Assembly: GCF_001194135.2 (NCBI RefSeq) | Contig: NC_068981.1 | Span: forward strand, 164,376,682-164,440,681 | Origin: Octopus bimaculoides | Taxonomy: Eukaryota | Direction: 5' to 3' | DNA length: 64,000 nucleotides | Shown: positions 13,360 to 25,796 of the stretch, in pieces | Layout: each line of letters begins with the position of its first letter | How positions within the stretch are numbered: the stretch's first letter is position 1 | Program-made: the position numbers and the translations under genes | Notes under the pieces: generated by a model | Databases searched by the model: none | What the model was told of the DNA's origin: nothing | What the model saw: only the letters and a program-made list of their open reading frames with translations

Positions 13360-15091
13360 TGAGAGAGAAACCATGCTCTGTGATATGCCAATATACATAA
13401 ATAGAGAAATTAAGGCCAATATGCTGGATATAGTTGTCAGAGATCACCAAGAAAAAAAATGCTTTCTAACTGATGTATCAATACCAACAGATGACAAAGA
13501 TATAGAGAAATTTTCAAACTACAAAGATCTGGAAATAGAGGTAACTCGAATATGGAGTCTAAAAACAGAAAAAATTCCTATCATAGTAGACGCATTAGGT
13601 ATGATAAAAAAATATCCAGACAAATACATAATAACAAAACACCAGGACAAACAAGTATATACAGGGGAACGACAAAATAATGAAAACACCTAGCATCATA
13701 GCATCATAATTTTGTAATATCTATAAAACCGTTAAAAGCTTGTTTATTTTAATAGTTTTTATTTGTTATTAGTGTTGCTTAATGTGGTTTGCTAAAATTG
13801 CAGTTTCTTTTCAGATATCATCAGAAAAAGGTAATTGAAATTAATTAAAATGACAGATCTATCGGACTTTCAAAAAGGTCAAATTGTTGGTGCTCATACG
13901 GCAGACGCTAGCGTAACGAAAACAGCCGAAATATTTGGTGTATCAAGAAGTACTGTCTCGAAAGAAATGACAGCCTTTAAGAAAGAGGGAAAAACCTCCT
14001 CGTCGAAACAAAACTCCGGAAAACCATGACTTTCAGGTAGGGACCGTCGGATTCTTACGCGAATTGTTAGAAAGGATCACAAAAGTACAGCTCCAAAAAT
14101 TACTGCAGAACTTAATGACCACTTCGAGAACCCAGTTTCTACAAAACTGTTCGCCGGGAGCGATACAAAGCTGGATTTCACGGGAGGGCTGCAAATCTGA
14201 AAACTACTACATTAAAAAACAAACGTTGCAAAGCGTTTAGAGTGGAATAAAAACCTGCAGAATTGGTCCCTAGAGCAGTGGAAGTATGTTATTTTCTCGG
14301 ACGAGTCATCCTATACCTTATTTCCGACCACCGGCCGAGTATACGCGTGGAAACAGCCAAAAGAAGCATTTGACCCTGACTGCCTTCTTCCAATTGTTAA
14401 ACAGGATGGAGGATATGTGATGATCTGGGGAGCTATATCTTGGAAATCCACCGGCCCAATGGTTTCCCTTCACGGCAGAATTAATAGTCAAGACTATTTA
14501 AGCATTTTATCTGATTAAATTCATCCTATGGTTTCGGAACTGTTTCCGGAGGGAAACGCAATCTTTCAAGATGATAATGCATCAATTCACACAGCTAAAT
14601 TTGTTACTGAATGGCACGAGGAACATTCTAGTGAAGTTGAACATCTTATCTGGCCAGCACAGTCCCCCGATCTCAATATTATCGAACATTTATGGTGCAT
14701 TTTAGAAAAACAAGTAAGGAGTCGATATCCTCCACCATCATCACTACAAAAAATGGAGATTGTTTTGCTGAAGAATGGACAAAAGTTCCTTTGGAAACAA
14801 TTCAAACTTTGTACGAGTCCATACCTCGTAGAATTCAAGCTGTAATTAATGCCAAAGGCGGTCCTACTCCCATATTAAAATAAATTTGTTTGAAATTTTA
14901 AAGTGTTTCCATTATTTTGTCCAACCCCTGTATAACATACAGAAAATAGCACCACTAGGTACCGCAAACATCCTACGTAAAACATTTTCAATACAGTAAA
15001 AATAAGAGCATCACAACAACCACAGCACATCCCAAGGCACACAGGGCTGCGCTCGATAGTGCAGTGAAAGCACGTGATAAAAGTAAGACTA

Positions 15092-15158
<67 letters not shown>
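13360..15158 (+). mobile_element. RLE-type (R4/Dong-like) LINE 3' fragment 1, split by a Tc1 insertion
   Basis: CDMPIYINREIKAN..DIVV..DVSIP..YKDLEIEVTRIW..IPIIVDALG lies before 13661. It resumes at 14931 as NIQKIAPLGTANILRKTFSIQ*, followed by a 3' UTR and (AAT)n tail at 15095-15158. Confidence 0.92.
13662..14930 (+). mobile_element. Full-length Tc1-family transposon, DD36E catalytic spacing, degraded transposase
   Basis: Imperfect TIRs of about 28 bp (CAGGGGAACGACAAAATAATGAAAACAC left; CAGGGGTTGGACAAAATAATGGAAACAC as reverse complement, right), TA on both sides, 1269 bp. Motifs: MTDLSDFQKGQIVG, FSDES, FQDDN, SPDLNIIEHLW. Confidence 0.96.
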
Positions 15159-15159
<1 letters not shown>

Positions 15160-16241
15160 GGCGAATGTACTCAGGCTCTGCATGAAGAGGGGTAAATGTG
15201 GACGTGAGCTGATTAGCATACGGGAATGTATTAACCGTGAAAGAAGAAACGTGGCATTATATTTGGTAAACAGCAAACAAGACCTGCTACAGTATGTTGC
15301 TAATACAGAAGGATTTATCAAAAATGGACTTGAGAGTACTCATGAATTCCGATCACGAACAGCCAACGAGAGAGAAGAAACCTTACTCCGTATGGAATTA
15401 CATGATCAGTTACACCGTAAAACTAGCAACTTGAGAGACCAGGTAGCATCATGGAGGTGGATCAGCAAGGGTGACATAAAAAAGAATACCGAAAGCTTAA
15501 TCATCGCTGCTCAGGATCAGGCATTGAATACCAACTCAGTGAAATGTGATATATACCACACAAGTGCATCGAACCTCTGCAGAATGTGTAAGAAGAGAGT
15601 TCAAAGCGTGATTCACATTGTTAGTGCTTGTGAAAGTCTTGTGCAGAAAGAGTACAAGCGCAGACACGACACGGTAGCCCAAAACCTTCACTAGCTACTA
15701 CGCCAGAAGTATGGATACGAGGTTCCGGTTGCTTGGTACAACATACTCCGGAAAAGGTACTGGACGAAAAAGGGAAGGCAAAAGTCCTCTGGGACTTTGA
15801 CTTCCAGACAGACAAGATGTTAGAACACCGGAGGCGGATATTGTAACAATTAGGAGGACAAACAAGAGTACCTGATAACTGACGTGACGGTGCCAGATCT
15901 TCATATTATCATGAAAGTAACAAAAAAGATTGATAAATATGGAGACCTGAGAATTCGCTAAAATGTAGCTGCTACGAGACCTGAGATCGCTAAGATGTAG
16001 CAGCTACGAGAATCAAACATAAAGGTGGTCCCTATTGTCATTCAATACCACCCAACTTGAAAAAATATCTGGAAGCTTTAGAAATACTGTACAATCTAGG
16101 TGTATTGCAAAAATCGGCATTACTTGGATCAACACACATATTCCGTAAAGTACTGTCTGTCTGAAGTCCTTGTGACACAATATCTCCAATCAGCAACATC
16201 ATGATATTGGATACCGTGCGACGTCTTAATAATAATCATAA
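15159..16241 (+). mobile_element. RLE-type (R4/Dong-like) LINE 3' fragment 2
   Basis: TESLIIAAQDQALNT, CCHC knuckle CRMC..HIVSAC, RRHDTVAQNLH, KVLWDFDFQTD, decayed RPD motif; ends in aataataatcataa. Confidence 0.93.
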
Positions 16242-16455
16242 GGCGGCGAGCTGGCAGAAACGTTAGCACGTCGGACGAAATGTTTGTTGGTATTTCGTTT
16301 GACTTCACGTCCTGAGTTCAAATTCCGCCGAGGTCGATTTTGCCTCTCATCCTTTCAGGGCTGATAAATTAAGTACCAGTTATGCACTGGAGTCGATCTA
16401 ATTGACTGGCTCCCTCCCCAAAATTTCGGGCCTTGTGCCTAGAGTAGAAAAACAA
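16242..16455 (+). mobile_element. SINE-A with 14-bp TSD
   Basis: aataataatcataa at 16228-16241 and 16456-16469. Confidence 0.93.
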
Positions 16456-16469
16456 AATAATAATCATAA

Positions 16470-16920
<451 letters not shown>

Positions 16921-16949
16921 AAGTGTAACAGTAATGATACTGAAAATAA

Positions 16950-17779
16950 TAGAAGTTAAGCAAATACAAAACCGATGCAATAAAGGTTTCAAAAGGTGAT
17001 ATTATTAATCAAAGTAAATAACATTACAATCAACGCATTTTTGCCAACGAGTTATAAGGTTGTTTATTCCGGTAACATAAAAATATGGAGTTCTGGAGAC
17101 GATGAACTCTTTGAACGCACTTTCAGCATCGGTTTGATTTTGAACACTTCTCGCAGGAAACCATCAAGGTTCTTGAAAAAGTGATAGTCGGAGAAAGGTC
17201 TGGAGAATAAGTTGTTTACGGAAGAACTTCGTAGCCAACCTCACCTCAACTTCTGGAGCGTCATTAGTGAAATGCGTGATCGAGCCTTCTCATGAAAAGT
17301 GATTGGCCCTCTGCTGTTGAGTTATTCGTTCATTTTGGCAATTTCATGGCAATATGTTTCTGCAGTAATGGATTTTGCTGGTTTTAAGAAGTTATAGTGG
17401 ATGAGTCTAGCACTACACCACCATAACCTTCTTTTTGAAGTGCTCGGGTTTAGGGAAGGTTTTCGGTGCTTCATTTTGGTCCAACCACTGTGAAGAACCT
17501 TTTTTATTACTGTACAAAATCCACTTTTCATCGCAAGTTACAATACGGTCGAGAAATGGATTGGTTTGGTTACGGAGAAGAAGCGACGAGAAAATTTCCA
17601 TTCAAATTGTGTGGTATCCTTTTGTCGAGCTTTTTTAATTTTCCGATCGCATGCAAATAGTTGCAGGCAGTTTTCTGGTTAACTTGAAGTTCTTTTGTCA
17701 CTTCTTAAGTAGTTTTACGTGGATTTTTCTCAAAAACGGTCTTTACGGTTCAAAACGTTACTTTTTACTCAACCTGATA
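16950..17779 (-). mobile_element. mariner remnant, internally deleted
   Basis: FLDRIVTCDEKWILYSN, KKVMVV, RWQKCVDC..YFD*. A 5' TIR-like TATCAGGTTGAGTAAAAAGTAACG lies at about 17755-17779. Confidence 0.88.
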
Positions 17780-17954
17780 TATATGACATATATACATACA
17801 TATATATNNNNNNNNNNNNNNNNNNNNNNNNNNNNNNNNNNNNNNNNNNNNNNNNNNNNNNNNNNNNNNNNNNNNNNNNNNNNNNNNNNNNNNNNNNNNN
17901 NNNNNNNNNNNNNNNNNNNNNNNNNNNNNNNNNNNNNNNNNNNNNNNNNNNNNN

Positions 17955-17996
<42 letters not shown>

Positions 17997-18009
17997 GAGT
18001 GGTTGTATG

Positions 18010-18210
18010 GTAAGTGTGTGTGTGTTTGTGTGTGTGTGTGTGAATGTGTGTGTTGGTGTGTTTACGTCCCCGTAACATAGCAGTTCGGCAAAAGAGACCG
18101 ATAGAATAAGTATTAGGCTTACAAAGAATAAGTCCTGGGGTCGATTTGTTCGACTAAAGGCGGCGCTCCAGCATGGCCGCAGTCAAATGACTGAAACAAA
18201 TAAAAGAATA
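18010..18210 (+). mobile_element. SINE-B 3' half
   Basis: gtttacgtccccgtaac...gactgaaacaaataaaag. Confidence 0.9.
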
Positions 18211-18893
18211 TATATGCATCAGCATGGCCTCAGCTCTAAGTTGAAACTATAAAAAACAAAAAAAAAACTATGGTGCACCAGCATGACCGCAGCCACTTGG
18301 CTGAAACACATAAATAAATAAATAAATATATATCAGGAGAGAGAGAAAGAGAGAGAGAGAAGAAAAGGAGAGAAAGAGAGAGATATATAGTTTGGCCAGT
18401 AGCCTGTATTTAAACAGCATATACAAATGCAGTTATATAAAAAGGCATACATCACAATTTATTCAAACTTTGTCCACCTTCAGAGGATGTATCATTATTG
18501 TCAAATAACAAAAAGAAGATAGGAATTGAAATTGTAAAGCACACTATATTATTTATTTAATGAATGCTATAGATTCTCCAATAGAAAAGAATATGACAAA
18601 TACAGAAATAAGAGATTCATAATTTGTGTCTGGTGTCTGTGGTCAGAATAGGATATAGATGTGTTGAAGACCGATGTGGACGTGGTTACCAAAGACACGA
18701 GGATGGTGTCGATGGTAGGGTTGGAGATGGAGCGGCATGGACAACCGATTGTGACCCTAGGCAACTCTCTTTAACCTCTCAGTTAAAGAGAGTTCGCATT
18801 TCTATTTCCTTCACCGGAAATAGAAATGCGACCTCAAAACGAAACAAACAAATATCAGAATGGAAAGACAACACACGACAAATAAATACCTAC

Positions 18894-18953
18894 ATGCCTG
18901 AAGGAAACTGAGTCTTGCCATCGTACTTTCCATCCAACTCAGCAATCTTCAAC
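18894..18953 (-). other. Candidate 60-nt coding exon (LKIAELDGKYDGKTQFPSG)
   Basis: Acceptor ttcttccttctcttag|G, donor AT|GTAGGT, only one open frame. No homology recognised. Confidence 0.3.
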
Positions 18954-19459
18954 CTAAGAGAAGGAAGAATATATACATAAAGGTAGGAATGGATAACCAG
19001 ATGCCTAATTACGCTCTCTCTTTTTTTCTCTCCCCCTTCCTCAATCTATCTATCAATCTTGCTCTCTCTCTCTCTCTCTCTTTCTGTACATATATGTGTG
19101 TATATATGTGTGTGTGTGTATGTGTGTGTGTGTCAATATATATAATATTTAAATAATAATATCAATTATTGTTATTAATATAACATATTTGTGTGTGTAT
19201 TGCAATTTCATAATTATATATATATATATACTCACGGTGGTGCACCAGCATGACCGCAGCCACTTGGCTGAAACACATAAATAAATAAATACTATGTATG
19301 TTAACACACACGAATGATACACACACACACACACACACACATATATGTGTTTGTAAACTTGTATATATGTGTATATGTGTGTGTGTGTGCATATACATAG
19401 TGCATTCTCTCTGAGCAGGATGTTTCTCTCATTCTAAGTTTCTCTTTGTTTCTCATTCT

Positions 19460-19540
19460 CTCTTTTTTACTCTTTAGTCTCTTTTTACTCTTTAGTCTCT
19501 TTTTACTCTTTAGTCTCTTTTTATTCTTTAGTCTCTTTCT
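19460..19540. repeat. 18-bp minisatellite (ttttactctttagtctct), about 4 copies
   Basis: Direct inspection. Confidence 0.85.
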
Positions 19541-19673
19541 GATGTCATGTTTTCATTATTCATCTCTCAATCACATTCATTTCTCTTCTCTTCCCAGCTT
19601 CGTTATCTCTCTCTCGCCTCTTTTTCTGTGTGTTTGTCCCTCTCTCGACTATTTCTCTGTGTGTTTGTCCCTA

Positions 19674-19722
<49 letters not shown>

Positions 19723-19855
19723 CTTCTCTTTCTCTGTCTGTCCCTCTCTTTATCCCTCACCCTTTCACCCTGCTTCCTCTACCACTACACGCCACAAACT
19801 TGAAATAGATGTTGTGGCTATTTCAACATGTCATTCAATAGAGTTACAGTCAGAC

Positions 19856-19905
19856 CTGAACGTATCTCCCTGGCGTCCAACTGTCCAAACTGCTCCAAGA
19901 TGGTA
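19856..19905 (-). other. Candidate 50-nt coding exon (YHLGAVWTVGRQGDTF)
   Basis: Acceptor attattttttttag|T, weaker donor CAG|GTCTGA; phase-compatible with the 18953 exon. Confidence 0.25.
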
Positions 19906-20428
19906 CTAAAAAAAATAATCAATAAATAAATAAATAAATAAATATGCAAACAAACATACAAACAAACAAATAAATATATATAAAAACATAAAAAGTGAAA
20001 AAAAGTGAAAGAAATACAATATAATATACAATAAAAAAAAAATGAATACAATAAAATTTGCGGAGACGAAACTTGGGCAAACTTTAAACAAGTCTTTTTT
20101 ATGGTGGTTGGTTGGTTGGTTGGCTGGCTGGTTGACTGGTGGTGTTGGTGGAGGAGACTGTCAGGACGATGGTGGTAATGGATGTGGTGATAGTGGCGGT
20201 GGAGATAGTGGTGGCGGGGTTGCAGTTAGTGGTTGAAGATATAGGTGACGAGAAGGTGATGTTGGAGGGAACTAGTCGGCCGGAGACGTCTCCCACCTGG
20301 GTCCTCGTGATAATTGTTCTGTTGTTGTTCTTGCTGTCGTTTTTGTTGTTGTTCCTTTGCCGTAGTGATGGTGATAATGGCAATGACTGTCCTGATGATA
20401 AAGATGATGCTGAAGGTGATGACGAACG

Positions 20429-20429
<1 letters not shown>

Positions 20430-20480
<51 letters not shown>

Positions 20481-20482
20481 AG

Positions 20483-20546
<64 letters not shown>

Positions 20547-20562
20547 GATGATGATGAGGATG
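20430..20562. repeat. (GAT)n microsatellite running into a gap
   Basis: Direct inspection. Confidence 0.95.
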
Positions 20563-21433
20563 NNNNNNNNNNNNNNNNNNNNNNNNNNNNNNNNNNNNNN
20601 NNNNNNNNNNNNNNNNNNNNNNNNNNNNNNNNNNNNNNNNNNNNNNNNNNNNNNNNNNNNNNNNNNNNNNNNNNNNNNNNNNNNNNNNNNNNNNNNNNNN
20701 NNNNNNNNNNNNNNNNNNNNNNNNNNNNNNNNNNNNNNNNNNNNNNNNNNNNNNNNNNNNNNNNNNNNNNNNNNNNNNNNNNNNNNNNNNNNNNNNNNNN
20801 NNNNNNNNNNNNNNNNNNNNNNNNNNNNNNNNNNNNNNNNNNNNNNNNNNNNNNNNNNNNNNNNNNNNNNNNNNNNNNNNNNNNNNNNNNNNNNNNNNNN
20901 NNNNNNNNNNNNNNNNNNNNNNNNNNNNNNNNNNNNNNNNNNNNNNNNNNNNNNNNNNNNNNNNNNNNNNNNNNNNNNNNNNNNNNNNNNNNNNNNNNNN
21001 NNNNNNNNNNNNNNNNNNNNNNNNNNNNNNNNNNNNNNNNNNNNNNNNNNNNNNNNNNNNNNNNNNNNNNNNNNNNNNNNNNNNNNNNNNNNNNNNNNNN
21101 NNNNNNNNNNNNNNNNNNNNNNNNNNNNNNNNNNNNNNNNNNNNNNNNNNNNNNNNNNNNNNNNNNNNNNNNNNNNNNNNNNNNNNNNNNNNNNNNNTAT
21201 ATATATATAATTATAAGTGTATTGATATCTTATGCGTGTATAGAAATGTACTTTCTGTGACCACGAATATATGTACATGTATATACAGATGAATGAATGT
21301 ATAGATATACATATTTTTTTGTGTTGGTGTGGGGTTTTTTTTCTGTCTGCCGAGAATACGTTTGTATACCAAACACACACTCATGCGCAGTCTCATACGC
21401 ATATATGTACGCATGTATGTATGTGTACGTATT

Positions 21434-21466
<33 letters not shown>

Positions 21467-21508
21467 GTATGTGTGTGTACGCATGTATGTATGTGTACGT
21501 ATATACAT

Positions 21509-21545
<37 letters not shown>

Positions 21546-22439
21546 GATATATATAAACACATATATACATATACATACACACGCACGCATATATGTATAC
21601 AAACGTATGTACATAGGCACATACAAACCTACGTTCATAATATATAGTTATAGATTGTGTGGGATGTCTTCGTAAAGAGAAGCACAGCGCATAAGCAGAT
21701 GCGTGTGACAACATGACAGACTGATGAATAAAACTCACATTTGATTTTCTTGCCAATATTTGATATTTTAATTCCTATGTGGGATTGAGCAAAAAGGTAT
21801 TTTTGCTGCGTGGTCAATCTTGTTCTGTTTCAAAACATTTTAGCTTTAACCCGTCAAATCTCTTGCGGCAGTTTCCAGCGTAATCCTCGTTTTACACCTT
21901 GTCACAAACAACTATGTCTTTCTATATATATGGAGCCAACGAGGGAGCCAGTACAAGGACGTCAATCCTACTAGAAGCAGCATCCGAATTTTCCTCAGAC
22001 CAGAAGTCTAATCTCTTAAAAAAAAAAAAAAAAAGGGAAGGTTTCTTTGGGTGATGTATTTCCAGAAATAGAATTATATTTATAATTAATAACTAAATAT
22101 TTTAATATTTGTTTACACTGTTATTTTAAAAATCAATCGCAGTTTTTTCTGCCGTCTCCTTCCTGACAGGTTTTTCAATTTATTCTCGATCAGTCTATAA
22201 ACGTTTCCAGATGACAAAAACAAAAAAAAAACAAAAACAAACAAAAAAAAAACTGATGTGAGCTGGTTATCTGCGAAGAGGAAGAAAAAAAATCTAATGA
22301 TTCGAAGAATAGTCTTTCTTCAAGGAAAATATATAGCAGCTGATACCACGGTAAATAAGGACAAATGAAAAAGGGAGAGCAATGAGGAAGGAGATACGAG
22401 AAAAAAAAAAGAAAATATGAGTAATGTCGAACAGGGGCA

Positions 22440-22543
22440 TAGATGTCTTAGGTTCAGTCCCACTGCGTCTCACTTTGGGCAAGTGTCATCTTTTATAGCT
22501 CTGAGCTGACCAATACCTTCAGAGTGAATTTGGTACTCAGAAC

Positions 22544-22548
<5 letters not shown>
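22440..22548 (+). mobile_element. SINE-B head fragment
   Basis: ggttcagtcccactgcgtctcactttgggcaagtgtc, then (TA)n and a gap. Confidence 0.8.
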
Positions 22549-22583
<35 letters not shown>

Positions 22584-22954
22584 NNNNNNNNNNNNNNNNN
22601 NNNNNNNNNNNNNNNNNNNNNNNNNNNNNNNNNNNNNNNNNNNNNNNNNNNNNNNNNNNNNNNNNNNNNNNNNNNNNNNNNNNNNNNNNNNNNNNNNNNN
22701 NNNNNNNNNNNNNNNNNNNNNNNNNNNNNNNNNNNNNNNNNNNNNNNNNNNNNNNNNNNNNNNNNNNNNNNNNNNNNNNNNNNNNNNNNNNNNNNNNNNN
22801 NNNNNNNNNNNNNNNNNNNNNNNNNNNNNNNNNNNNNNNNNNNNNNNNNNNNNNNNNNNNNNNNNNNNNNNNNNNNNNNNNNNNNNNNNNNNNNNNNNNN
22901 NNNNNNNNNCACACACACACACACACACACACGCACATACATATATATATATGA

Positions 22955-23285
22955 CCTTTCTTTCTTGGTTCGACTACCATCCATGCAACATCTATATTCC
23001 TCCCTCTGCCTGTCAAATATTATGTCCCTTCCACACACATCAGCTTCATTTAATTTGTATTTGTGTAACATTTCTCCGTTTTCTTCCGTCCTTGTTTTCG
23101 TATACATTCGCTGCTTTCTTCCAAGGAATCTAATGCTCTTAGCTTAGTTGTCCTTGGGGCTGGCCAGATTGGAGTAACCTCGAGTATAACCTGCCGAAAT
23201 TGTAAAGAGAATCTGGAACTCGACTGAGGATAGAAAACTCCGAATGACTCGTCCTTGTTTTCTTTGTATCGTCTGTCTGGATGTT
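22955..23285. mobile_element. Interspersed repeat, unclassified (possibly Penelope-like), copy 2
   Basis: Homologous to 7945-8362. Confidence 0.7.
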
Positions 23286-24075
23286 NNNNNNNNNNATATT
23301 CGTGTATGTTTGTGTGTATGTGTATGTATGCATGTATATAAGTATATATATATGTATACGTATGCATGTGCGTTTATGTACGTATGTCTATATGTGTATA
23401 AATAGGGAGAGAGAGTGAGAGAGAAGAGAGAAAGACGAACAGACAGTGGGATAGATACACACCTACAGATAGACTTATGATTCTGTGTATATACAGTAGT
23501 TACTGGTTATTTTGCTCACAAGTGTTGAAGGTTTGAATGATTGCTTTAAGGAAGCCATATTTTATAATAATAATAAAAAAATAATAAAGATAATAATAAT
23601 AATAATAATTTAAATGTTAAATATTATATTTAAGAAATACATTCTTATAAGGTACAATAAATAAATAATATTTATTAATGAAAAAAGTTTGAACAAGTGA
23701 TTTATATTATATCAGTATTCATTTATGAATTGATAATCTCAGAGATAAAAACAAAATATTTTTTTCAAACGCTTACGAAGTATTTATCTTGTGTAAAACA
23801 CATTCTATTCATTTAAAATATTCATTTCTTTCAACTTGTTTGAATCTATCTCATTAAAAAAGAATTGCCATTCTGTTTTGGATGTCATAAAGCATTTTAT
23901 AGACTTACAGACCTCTTCATTTCTGTCACATGAGGTCATATTTTTCTTTTTTGAAGTAAAATTCTTTACTTGTTAGGCTGTTAAAATATACTGAATGGCC
24001 AAAATTCGATCGAACACACTAAAACCACTATGTCACACAGACATTGTTTCTTCTCTCCATTTTCTCTTCAACCCC

Positions 24076-24133
<58 letters not shown>

Positions 24134-24241
24134 TCCTCTTTACACTAATACTCTCTGATGTTTTGCTCTTACTAGATGCATACTCCAGTCACATATGATA
24201 GCCAAGTCTTTTCATTTCTCTTCTTTTAACGACACTAGTTA

Positions 24242-24420
24242 GTGGAGGCGCGTAGATTAGTGGTTAGGGGTGTTGAACTCATGAGTTTCGATTCCTGGAC
24301 CGGGCGATGCGTTGTGTTCTTGAGAAAAACACTTCATTTCACGTTGCTCCAGTCCACTCAGTTGGCAAAAATGAGTAGCCCTACGCCAGACCGGCCTCCT
24401 GTACCGATGGGGAATATATA
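24242..24420 (+). mobile_element. SINE-C
   Basis: gtggaggcgcgtagattagtggttag (A-box-like), gtttcgattcc (B-box-like), ttcacgttgctccagtccactcag. Confidence 0.85.
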
Positions 24421-24874
24421 TATATATGCCATGGATTACCTTTTTAATTCCACCTTAAAGCTCGGGACATTCACTATACACATCACAGAGCCAAATCCAT
24501 TAAGCCCCACAACAGCTACTCTCAAGAATCGAGTCATAGTTGTAGCTTCTATGTTGATGTAAAAAAGGCAACCAAATTTCTCTCAAATCACACTATTATA
24601 TCTTAAATAGAGCGGTGTTGGATAATGAAGTTCTAGATGGATTTAAACTGTTGAAGTAGATACAGTCTGAATGTCTCTAATCATAGGTCTGATTTATTGA
24701 CTACATTTTCTCTAGAATTGTTTCTCCTGTAACTGCTTTGTTACTACAAGGGAGAAAATTCATAGGATGACTTGATGCACCTACAGTGTGCTAAAGGTTA
24801 AGTCTGGCTTGGACGACTTAATAACGACAACGAAGAATTTAACGGCAGCTAACTTATATATTCACCTGTATAAT

Positions 24875-25072
24875 CCTTTCTACTATAAGCACAAGGCCAC
24901 GAGTTTGAGGGAGAGATTAAGTCGATTATATCGACCCAAGTGCGTAACTGGTACTTATTTAATCGACCCCGAAAGGATGAAAGGCAAAATCGACCTCGGC
25001 GGAATTTGAACTCAGAACGTAGCGGCAGATATAATATCGCTAAGCATTTCGCCTGGTGTGCTAACGATTTTA
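24875..25072 (-). mobile_element. SINE-A
   Basis: atcgaccccgaaaggatgaaaggcaaaatcgacctcggcggaatttgaactcagaacg. Confidence 0.92.
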
Positions 25073-25093
25073 TGTGGAGGGGTTAATCCATAT

Positions 25094-25377
25094 CAGTGGT
25101 TCCCAAAGTATGCGGTATTGCCCCCTCTGGAGGTGGTGAAAAGAATCTGGGGGTGGGAGCGCTGAAGAAAAGTGGGGTCACTAATGGGGGGATGTAAAAA
25201 CAACAAAATAATGAATTAATTAGGTTACGTTTTATTTGTGAAATACAGTTGCTTTAAATTTGCTGCAGAAAATGGTGTATGTTTGTAGTGGTGAGTTTGT
25301 GTATGGGGGAGAGGAGGTACAAGGAAAGTTGCCAGGATTCCAAGGGGTGACAGCCCAAGAATGTTTGGGAACCACAG
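25094..25377. mobile_element. hAT-type MITE
   Basis: TIRs CAGTGGTTCCCAAA / TTTGGGAACCACAG; 8-bp TSD atccatat / atccatac. Confidence 0.9.
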
Positions 25378-25446
25378 ATCCATACCATTGAATTCAGTTC
25401 TAGACTAGTACTATATTTTATAGGACCTGGAAGAATGAAATACATT

Positions 25447-25796
25447 GGCGCAGGTGTAGCTGTGTGGTAAAAAGTTTGCTTCCCAACCACATGGTTCCGG
25501 GTTCAGTCACACTGCGTGGCACCTTGCGCAAGTCTTTTCTACTATAACCTCGGGCCATCCAAAAGCCTTGTGAGTGGATTTGGTAGACGGAAACTGAAAG
25601 CCCATCTGTGTGTTTCTTTGTGTTTTCCATCCACCACACCGCTCGATAACCGCTACTGGTGTGTTCGCATCTCCGTAACTTATTGGTTCTGCAAATAAGA
25701 GCGATAGAATAAGTACTGGTAACGATTCATTCGACTAAAGATTCAAAGTGATTCCCCAACATGGCTGCAGTTTAATGACTGAAACAGATAAAAGAA
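25447..25796 (+). mobile_element. SINE-B, full length, short internal repeat
   Basis: ggcgcaggtgtagctgtgtggtaa head through gactgaaacagataaaag tail. Confidence 0.92.

Noticed and set aside
20139-20562. Asp-rich or Met-rich ORFs
   Set aside because: Translation of (GAT)n and GGT-rich simple repeats.
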